Part shown: piece by piece, positions 55,325 to 62,639 of the stretch
Position numbering within the stretch: the first letter of the stretch is position 1
Layout of the letters: each line of letters begins with the position of its first letter
Made by a program: the position numbers and the translations under genes
Source: Elusimicrobiota bacterium
GTDB lineage: Bacteria; Elusimicrobiota; Elusimicrobia; UBA1565
Assembly (NCBI GenBank): GCA_043827405.1
Contig: JBDRPD010000022.1
Location: forward strand, 9,169-73,168
Length of the DNA stretch: 64,000 nt
Direction of reading: 5' to 3'
Notes under the pieces: model-generated
The model's database searches: none
The model's input: the letters and a program-made list of their open reading frames with translations, nothing else
Told to the model about the DNA's origin: nothing

Positions 55325-57976
55325 CTATTTGAGTCCCTGCAGAATCTGTTCGATCTGCGTCCCCTGCCCGAGGATCGCGTTCGCGTTCGCCGCTTGGGCG
55401 TTCTTGGCCGCGGTAATATGCGTCTGGTACGCGGTCTTCACGGCCTTTTCATAGACCGGATAAGCCGCGTCGAACTTCGCCTTATCCTGTTTCCCCTCAG
55501 CATCTACCGAGCCCTTTTGCAGGTCCTTCCACGCGGTATCGACCGCCTTCAGATACTCGTTCTTATCGACCGTGAGGTCGACCAGGTTGGCAAGCTTCTG
55601 CCGGTGCGCATTGACCTGCCCGAACATCGAGCCCGCGATCTGCCCGGAGTCGCCGTCTTCCGGCTTGGGAGCGGCGACTTCCGTCTTCTCGGCCACCACC
55701 TTATTTGCTGCCTCGCCTTGCGCCAGCGCCTTGCCGCTGGCATTGACGCCCTGCGTGTACTTCTCGCCGAGGAACTTGCCGATCTTGGTGTACCCGGCAT
55801 GCACGCCCGTGGCGCTGCTGTTGAGGTTGCTCGCCAGACCCGACTCCGCGATCGCCGAGGGGCCCGTCGTCGCTTCCGTCTCCACCGCGGGGGGCGCGGC
55901 ACCGACCGCGCCGTCGGCCGTCGCCTTGGCCTGCGAGGCTTTCAGCAGCGCCGCATCGGCCGCCGCCCGCGCGTCGTTGATCTTCTTGATCTGGGCGGCA
56001 GCTCCGGCGATGTGCTTCTGCTCCGAGCCGTCCTTGTCGTTGAACTTCTTATCAGCCGCGCCGAGACCCTTAATGACATCTCCGTGCTCGGGCGGGTTCG
56101 GCTTCTTGGTGTCGTTGAGATTCACCTTCGCATCATATCCCTTCACCGCCTTCTGCAGCTCGGCATTGACGTCGAAGTGGATGTCGGACGCCGCGCCCAG
56201 GTTCTTCTTATCCTTTCCTTTGGCGCCCAGTTCGGCGTCGAGCTCATCCAGGCTGGTCTTAAGGCTGGCATATCCCTGAACCAGATCCTTGCGTGAAGCC
56301 TCGTAGGAATCGCTTGCCGTTTTCCATTGCTCAAGCTGTCCCCGAAGCTTGTCCAGTGAGGTGCAGAACTTGCCTTCTATTTTCGCGCACTGCGCCTTCA
56401 GCGCCGCGTTTACGCCGTTAAGCGCCGCGACACGCTCGCCCTCCATCCCCTGAATGTCGCTCTCAGCCTGCTTCAATCCACCGAGCACGACATTGTACTG
56501 GTTCTGCCCGGAATGCCCGCCGATGGTCGTAGTGGGAGTCTGCTCCCCCTCGCCTTCCCCGGCCGCGCCGGCTTCGCCTCCGCTGCCCAGGTTCTTACAC
56601 GAGACACACTTATCGTTCTTGATGCTGATCGAGCCTTTCACGTTCTCGTAGATGGTATTTCCTTTGCAGAAGTACACTGAGTCGCCCTTATTCGTGTAGG
56701 AAATATGATCCCCCTGTATGTAGCAGACGGCACCTTTCGCCGCCGCCGAATCCGGATTGAGCGCGCCGCTGAAAAGGTTCCCCATCGCCTTGCCCAGCGG
56801 GGTGACGAACGCCTCTTTGAAGCCGTCCATGGCCATCCCGATAACCTTCTCCTCCATCATCTTCTGCCGGCCGAAGGTGTTCCACTCCTTGATCTTCCAC
56901 TTCAGAGCGAGCGCCTTCTCCTGCTCCATCTTCAGCCGCATAAACTCCAGGGATTCACCCAGAGACTTGCTTTCCTTGACGTTGCTGCCGCCCGGGGACT
57001 TGCCGCCGGCGCCGTTGCTCGGACCGCCGCCGCCGCCGCCCTGGCCGCCGCCGGGAATCTGCGTCTTGGAGGCGTTGTCGAGCGCCGTCGCCGCGCCGCC
57101 CTGGTTGAACATGTCGCCTTGCCGTCCGGCCGAGTTGCGCAAGGATTCCGGCGAGCCGCTGCTCGAATTGCTGCGCCGCGCCGCGCCGTTATAGCCCGGC
57201 ACCGCCTGCGACCGGGTCAGGGAATTCGACCCGCGCGCCTTATTGGGCACATTGGCCGCCGACAACCCGGGAGGCGTATACGACGACCCGCCGCCGTGGC
57301 TCGAGCCCGACAGCGCCGAAAGCCCGCGCAGGGCTCCCGCCATCTTGACATTGGGCTTGGGCAGCTTGGCGCTCTTGGTGGCCTGCTTGGCGCCGCGCGT
57401 AGCGGCCTGCGAGAGGGCGTCTTTCCAGTTGCTTTCCTTCGGCGGCGGCTCCGTCGCCGGAGACGCCGTGGCCGCCGGCTTCTGCGTCGCGCCCGGACCC
57501 ATCACCAACGCTGCGGGGTCGCGGACATTAAGCGGGGTAATAACATCCGTACCCGCGCCGATCAGGGAACCGGGAGAGAAGCCGCCGGTGCCGTTCTCGT
57601 AGATCGTGGTCCCGTCCGGAAACAGCGGACCCTTCTGGTCGAAGCCGCCGGTCAGCGCCCCCTTCTCCTCCTGAGGCGTCATCATGAAATGCTCGGCCAC
57701 CGGCGCCATCATCAGCACCGAAAGCCCCGCGGCGATAAAGCCCATATCCTTGCGCCGCAGGTTCTTGAGACGGTCGACTATGGTCGCGCCGCCGGGCAGG
57801 CCGCGCACCTTCATCTTGGGAGAGCCCTTGCCCAGGCCCGGCCACTTGATGCCGGAGCTCGGCGGATTGGCGCCCGTCGGTTTGCCCAGGCTCGACAGCG
57901 GCCCGGCGCCTTTCTTTTCCTCCTTCTTGGTCGGCTTGAAGGAAGGGATTTTGGGGTTTTCGTTGTTATTTGCCAT
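55325..57976 (-). CDS. KKG-leader family membrane protein, 883 aa, with long helical C-terminus
   Basis: KIPSFKPTKKEEKKGAG leader, one TM (GFIAAGLSVLMMAPV), Gly/Ser-rich linker, small Cys domain, Ala-rich coiled coil. Confidence 0.75.
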   Translation of the reverse strand: MANNNENPKIPSFKPTKKEEKKGAGPLSSLGKPTGANPPSSGIKWPGLGKGSPKMKVRGLPGGATIVDRLKNLRRKDMGFIAAGLSVLMMAPVAEHFMMTPQEEKGALTGGFDQKGPLFPDGTTIYENGTGGFSPGSLIGAGTDVITPLNVRDPAALVMGPGATQKPAATASPATEPPPKESNWKDALSQAATRGAKQATKSAKLPKPNVKMAGALRGLSALSGSSHGGGSSYTPPGLSAANVPNKARGSNSLTRSQAVPGYNGAARRSNSSSGSPESLRNSAGRQGDMFNQGGAATALDNASKTQIPGGGQGGGGGGPSNGAGGKSPGGSNVKESKSLGESLEFMRLKMEQEKALALKWKIKEWNTFGRQKMMEEKVIGMAMDGFKEAFVTPLGKAMGNLFSGALNPDSAAAKGAVCYIQGDHISYTNKGDSVYFCKGNTIYENVKGSISIKNDKCVSCKNLGSGGEAGAAGEGEGEQTPTTTIGGHSGQNQYNVVLGGLKQAESDIQGMEGERVAALNGVNAALKAQCAKIEGKFCTSLDKLRGQLEQWKTASDSYEASRKDLVQGYASLKTSLDELDAELGAKGKDKKNLGAASDIHFDVNAELQKAVKGYDAKVNLNDTKKPNPPEHGDVIKGLGAADKKFNDKDGSEQKHIAGAAAQIKKINDARAAADAALLKASQAKATADGAVGAAPPAVETEATTGPSAIAESGLASNLNSSATGVHAGYTKIGKFLGEKYTQGVNASGKALAQGEAANKVVAEKTEVAAPKPEDGDSGQIAGSMFGQVNAHRQKLANLVDLTVDKNEYLKAVDTAWKDLQKGSVDAEGKQDKAKFDAAYPVYEKAVKTAYQTHITAAKNAQAANANAILGQGTQIEQILQGLK

Positions 57977-57991
57977 GACTCTTTCTCCTGG

Positions 57992-59353
57992 CTATCGCGT
58001 GCACTTCATCTCGTCGTATTTGCCGTCGGTCAGCGGGCAGGCGTTCGCCCACTGCCGCTGTAAATCGTTAAGCTCGCCGCAGGTCTTCTTCATCCGGCCT
58101 TCGATCTCCTCGCACCGCCGCAGCTTGCCCTTGCTGCATTTGCCGCCGTCGCAGTTGGTATTATTGAGCTCCTGGCTCTGGGCATCGATCTCGGCGTTCT
58201 TCTCGTCGATCAGCGGCCCGTACTTCTCATTGGCCTCTTCGCACTTGAGGGCGTCCTCTTCCACTTGCTCCGCCTCATCTACCAGCGTATCGATCGTCCC
58301 TTGATCCGGGACGTTCGGGTTGGGAGCTTCGCCGAGATCGGTCGCGGTGATGATGCCCCCCGCCGGCTCGTTGCCGTCGTAGACGGTCCCGGCGACATTC
58401 TTCGCGTACTCGGCGGGACAGCCTCCGCCCGGGTCGCACTTGCCGGGCGGCGGCGCCGCCGCGATGCTGTAAGCACGCCCCTCGGCGAGCTGATACATCG
58501 CCGTTTGGCGGCCCATACCGCGGCGATCTCCCATATTCCCGCTGACGGCGGCGTTAAGCTTCCGGTACTGCCGGCCGCGCAGCGTCCCCTGCTTCGTCCG
58601 GCCCTCGCTCATAGCGCGCCCGCTGCGTCCGGTAGACGGGACATTGGTATTATTACTGAGCGTGTTCGCGAGCAGGCCGCTGTCCGGATTCACCGGCCGC
58701 GCACCGCCGCTTACACCGCCGCCGCCGCTCATTCCCTTGTAGCCTTTGAGATTTTCGAAATCGGCGACCGGTTTGGAATCTCCGGCGCCCTCTCCGTCCT
58801 TGGCGCCCGCGCCCACGCTTTTAATCAGATCGTTATTATCGAGCCGCACGCCGTTTTCCATATCTTTCGCTTCATCGGGATTGAGCGCGTCGGCGCCCTC
58901 GAGCTCGTCGCCCTGGCCGATCATGTCATGATCGCCCGCGCCGTCACGCTCGCCGGCGCCGGCGCCTTCACCGCCGCCTTTCCCGCCGTAGCGCTTATCG
59001 CCGACCACCAAGCCGACGGTCGACTCGCCGTAGCCGCCGGAACCGGCGCGGCGCCCGTCCTTGCCGAACAGCGCGCCCGGCGTCTGCAGATACCGCTGCT
59101 TGCGCGCCGCGTCGATGGCATGCGCCATCTCCGCCATCTCGCGGCCGCGTGAAGCGGACGATGACAGGCCGAGGCTCTTCGCTAGCGGTCCAATGACCGG
59201 CAGGCCGAGAATCGTATCCGTCGGCACGACAAATACCGTAGCCAGCAGGCCGACCATACAGATCAAAGGCACCGTGCCCTTGCCGCGCGTAAACAGCAGC
59301 AGCAGCGCGGCCGCCGCGCCTTTCTTTCTATTCTTTTGCAGAAACTCGCTCAT
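57992..59353 (-). CDS. KKG-leader family membrane protein, 453 aa, with Cys-rich C-terminus
   Basis: NRKKGAAA leader, hydrophobic segment, AMYQLAEG (compare AMGQLKFA), VYDG, multiple C-terminal Cys. Confidence 0.75.
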   Translation of the reverse strand: MSEFLQKNRKKGAAAALLLLFTRGKGTVPLICMVGLLATVFVVPTDTILGLPVIGPLAKSLGLSSSASRGREMAEMAHAIDAARKQRYLQTPGALFGKDGRRAGSGGYGESTVGLVVGDKRYGGKGGGEGAGAGERDGAGDHDMIGQGDELEGADALNPDEAKDMENGVRLDNNDLIKSVGAGAKDGEGAGDSKPVADFENLKGYKGMSGGGGVSGGARPVNPDSGLLANTLSNNTNVPSTGRSGRAMSEGRTKQGTLRGRQYRKLNAAVSGNMGDRRGMGRQTAMYQLAEGRAYSIAAAPPPGKCDPGGGCPAEYAKNVAGTVYDGNEPAGGIITATDLGEAPNPNVPDQGTIDTLVDEAEQVEEDALKCEEANEKYGPLIDEKNAEIDAQSQELNNTNCDGGKCSKGKLRRCEEIEGRMKKTCGELNDLQRQWANACPLTDGKYDEMKCTR

Positions 59354-59498
59354 CGCTTTTGATCGTCGAGAAACTCAGATTTTATATCCGAAAATTCCCC
59401 TCATAAAAAGTTTAGAGCCGACGATAGATACTGTCAAGGGACCTTGTGACCCACAGAAGCCTATATAAACATATGACTTTTTCAGTTTTCATCCGCTT

Positions 59499-61088
59499 TT
59501 ATTCACTGTAGGTCGAATCCTGTTCCTTTTTTGCATCTTCCTGAACCTGGGTACTGTTCAGGTCCTCCCAAGCCTTATTCGTACTGCTGCCGCCTTGGTA
59601 GTTCTCGCCGTCTATCGCGGGCTTGGAGGCATCGTCGACAATATCCGCCTGATCTTTTTGTCCGTATTCGGTTACTTTATCCTTTGTTTCCTGCTTGGTC
59701 TCCATGATCTTGCTTATCGCAAGCAGCAGCAGCATTAGACCTATAACAATTAAAATCGCTCCAAGAATCGTGCCCCACGGCCAATTGCCTATGATGGAAT
59801 AACCATAGACCATCAATGCAATACCGATCGCCGCCACCACGGCCCACAACAAATAGTCGGTCCAGGCTTTATCGATCTTCTCCTGGTACGGCGTCACGTT
59901 GCGGCAGCGCCCATCCTCGAGCTGCTCATCGGCCGGCGCGCAGGGAGAGCGCTGCACGCAGAAGCCGTCCGCGGTACGGTCTTGCCCCGCCGCGCAGGGA
60001 ATATCGCTGCCGCCGCCGCCGGTGACGTCCGGCGCGCCGCCGCCCACGGGATTGACATCCGCGTCGCCCTCATTGATGCCGCCGCCCGCCGCCCCCAGGC
60101 CGCCGCCCGTCGTGGTCTTGCCGGTAAAAGCGTCGGCGGCGTACTGGGCGCTCGCCGCCGTCCCGTCGCCGGCATTGGACGCCTTGGCCGATTGGGTGCC
60201 CGCGAACTTAAGCTGACCCATGGCCCGCTGGGCACCGATGCCGCTGGTGCTCATCTTCTTGGCTAAGCGGTTGGTCGTCCCGCGGCGCATATTGGAAGTG
60301 CGCCCGCGCGCGCCTTTGAGGTTGCGCGTCATATCGCCCTTGCCGCCCATCTGCTTGAGGCCCTTGGCCTGGAACTTGCCGCCGCCGCCGAAAATATTCT
60401 TGCTGCCGAAAGCGCTGGAGCCGCTCAGGCCGGAAGAGAGCTTGCCGATGTCGCCGCCGAGGCGCTCGCGTCCCTCCCCTCCCGCGCCGGCCTTGCCCAT
60501 CATATCGCCCATCATGCCGTTGGCCATATCCTCGGGCGATTGGGCGGGAGCGTCGGCCGCGTCGTCTCCCTCGGCCTTCTTGTCCGCTTCCGCGGTCTGC
60601 GGCTGGTTCGGTTTCCCCTTCTCCCACTTAAGCTCGCCCTCGCCGGCTTTGGCCATAAACGATAGCGACTTGCTGCCCTTGGCATTGCGCTTGTGGGCGC
60701 TGATATTCGAGGCGATGGAGCCAAGCTCGGGCGTTCCCTGCTGTTGCTGGCCTTGGGACGCCTTCTGCTGCATGATGCCGAAGCCGACCAGGCCCGTACC
60801 GCCGACCCCGAGCGCCAGCGCCGCGATGCCCAGCTTGCTCGCCAGCAAAGCCTTGACGCCTCCGCCGCCTAAAACCTTGGCCAGCAGGCCGCCCTTGGCG
60901 ATAGCCGCGGGTGCGCCGATCGCGCCCGGCGCGCCGGCGGCGCCGCTCGACGATGACAGCAAGCCGCCCGCGCCCTTGCGCTCCTTCTGCTTTACCTTAA
61001 GAATCGGTATATCGACTTCAGTGGGCTTGGTTGCGTTGACGCGGCCCTGGCCGTCGTCTACATGCGGACTATTCTGGTCATTTCCCAT
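59499..61088 (-). CDS. KKG-leader/TPY-tail family membrane protein, 529 aa
   Basis: DIPILKVKQKERKGAG, TM, KRNAKGSKSLSFMAKAGEGELKW, AMGQLKFA, NVTPYQ, two C-terminal TMs. Confidence 0.8.
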   Translation of the reverse strand: MGNDQNSPHVDDGQGRVNATKPTEVDIPILKVKQKERKGAGGLLSSSSGAAGAPGAIGAPAAIAKGGLLAKVLGGGGVKALLASKLGIAALALGVGGTGLVGFGIMQQKASQGQQQQGTPELGSIASNISAHKRNAKGSKSLSFMAKAGEGELKWEKGKPNQPQTAEADKKAEGDDAADAPAQSPEDMANGMMGDMMGKAGAGGEGRERLGGDIGKLSSGLSGSSAFGSKNIFGGGGKFQAKGLKQMGGKGDMTRNLKGARGRTSNMRRGTTNRLAKKMSTSGIGAQRAMGQLKFAGTQSAKASNAGDGTAASAQYAADAFTGKTTTGGGLGAAGGGINEGDADVNPVGGGAPDVTGGGGSDIPCAAGQDRTADGFCVQRSPCAPADEQLEDGRCRNVTPYQEKIDKAWTDYLLWAVVAAIGIALMVYGYSIIGNWPWGTILGAILIVIGLMLLLLAISKIMETKQETKDKVTEYGQKDQADIVDDASKPAIDGENYQGGSSTNKAWEDLNSTQVQEDAKKEQDSTYSE

Positions 61089-61109
61089 ATAGTTATCCCC
61101 TTGCCCGGC

Positions 61110-62630
61110 TTACGATTTCGCGCCAAAAGAGCCGCCGCCCGACTTCGGCACGAGAAACGATCCGACGGAACCCGCCAAACCCGAAATGCCGGCGATGATC
61201 GCGAGCCAGGTTCCGACCGAATCATTGCTCCACTCGACAAGCGCCAGCGTGGCCAAAACGGTCGTCAGCCCGCCGCTCACCGTTAAAATCATGGCTTGGG
61301 TATTCTGCCCATAGGTCATCAGGATATTCAAGCCGATCGCCGTCGCCGCCGCCGCCATGCCGATGGCGGCGGCATAGAGCGCCATCTTGATGGGAGTAAG
61401 GTAAACGGCGAGTGGGGTTTTATCAAACTTCGAGAGTATGCCCATCATGGCGATCATGATTGAAGCGAGCAGCAGCATCCCCTGCGCCATCATCAGCATG
61501 CCCGTATACGGCGTTTCGTCGCCGCTCTTGCCGACCTTGTCGACGTCCTCTTCGCCGCGCGTACCGTCGGCTATCGGTCCGCCGTCGTCGGCGCCGCCGA
61601 CGGAATTGGCGCCGGAGCTCGCTCCGGCGCCGTCCTGGCTGACTCCGGCTCCGCCGATCTCGCCGCCGGCCGATTGCGGCGCGGAGTCGAAGGCCTCGGC
61701 CGCCTGGAAGGCCTGCGATTCGGCCGAAGACTGCCCGGTCGCCTTAACCGAGCGCCGGTTGGCGAAGCGCAGCTGCTTCATGGCATTGCGCCCGCCCACA
61801 CGGCTGACCCGGCTCCGGGAAGGGCTCGCCGTGAGCTTGCGCGACTGCGCGGGCAGCTGGGCGAGCTTGCCGGGATTTTCCTTTTGCGGGGTAAACTTGC
61901 GGTTGACGCCGCCCGCCAGCCCGACGCCGCCCACCAGTCCCACTCCTTGGCCGAGCGGCTTGGCGCCCACTCCCTTGGAGGCGATCATCTTGGGCTTCTC
62001 AAGCTGCCCGACGAGCTCATCCGCCATATCGGGAGCATTGCCGGCGGCGGCATCGGCCTCCTCGCCCTCCTCGTACTCCTCCGCGTCCGCGAGCGCCTTG
62101 GCCTCACCCTTGGGCGCGTCCCTATTAAAAGCCTTGCCTTGGTTGGCCGAGGTAAAGAAGTTGATGGATCCGGGATCGTCCTGGTCTTCCTTCTCGGCGA
62201 TGGCCTCGCGCGTTGACGACGGGAACAGCATCCGGTCGCCCTGCCGTGCTTCGTTGGCGACCCCGCTCATGGTAAACAGGGCGAACGCGGCGCTGCCCGA
62301 AATCGCGGCTGTAAGCGCGCCCATCCCGACACTCGAAGAGAAGAAATTGATCAAGCTCGGCACCAGCCCGAGCTTCAGGGCCGACGCGCCGCCGCCGGCG
62401 AACGATTTCCCGACGCCGATGGACGCCCGGCCGGCCACCCGCGCGGCGCTGCCGGCGCCGCTCGACAGGGCGCTGCCCGCGGGGCGCGCGCCGGCGCCGA
62501 ACCAGCGCGCGAGAAAACCGCCGCTGCCGCCGGAGCCCTGGCCGACGGCGACTGCGCCGCCTTTCTTTTCCCTGGCCTCCTTGGTCTTGAGGTTCGGGAT
62601 CTCGGGCTTGTTCTGTTTCTTGTCACTCAT
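61110..62630 (-). CDS. KKG-leader/TPY-tail family membrane protein, 506 aa
   Basis: EIPNLKTKEAREKKGGA, TM, SINFFTSAN, KPKMIASK, AMKQLRFAN, ETPYT, about four C-terminal hydrophobic helices. Confidence 0.8.
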   Translation of the reverse strand: MSDKKQNKPEIPNLKTKEAREKKGGAVAVGQGSGGSGGFLARWFGAGARPAGSALSSGAGSAARVAGRASIGVGKSFAGGGASALKLGLVPSLINFFSSSVGMGALTAAISGSAAFALFTMSGVANEARQGDRMLFPSSTREAIAEKEDQDDPGSINFFTSANQGKAFNRDAPKGEAKALADAEEYEEGEEADAAAGNAPDMADELVGQLEKPKMIASKGVGAKPLGQGVGLVGGVGLAGGVNRKFTPQKENPGKLAQLPAQSRKLTASPSRSRVSRVGGRNAMKQLRFANRRSVKATGQSSAESQAFQAAEAFDSAPQSAGGEIGGAGVSQDGAGASSGANSVGGADDGGPIADGTRGEEDVDKVGKSGDETPYTGMLMMAQGMLLLASIMIAMMGILSKFDKTPLAVYLTPIKMALYAAAIGMAAAATAIGLNILMTYGQNTQAMILTVSGGLTTVLATLALVEWSNDSVGTWLAIIAGISGLAGSVGSFLVPKSGGGSFGAKS

Positions 62631-62639
62631 AGACTACTC

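Noticed and set aside
55325..62630. Calling the KKG-leader proteins type IV pilins
   Set aside because: No G|FxxxE motif, and in most members the hydrophobic helix is tens of residues from the KG site.
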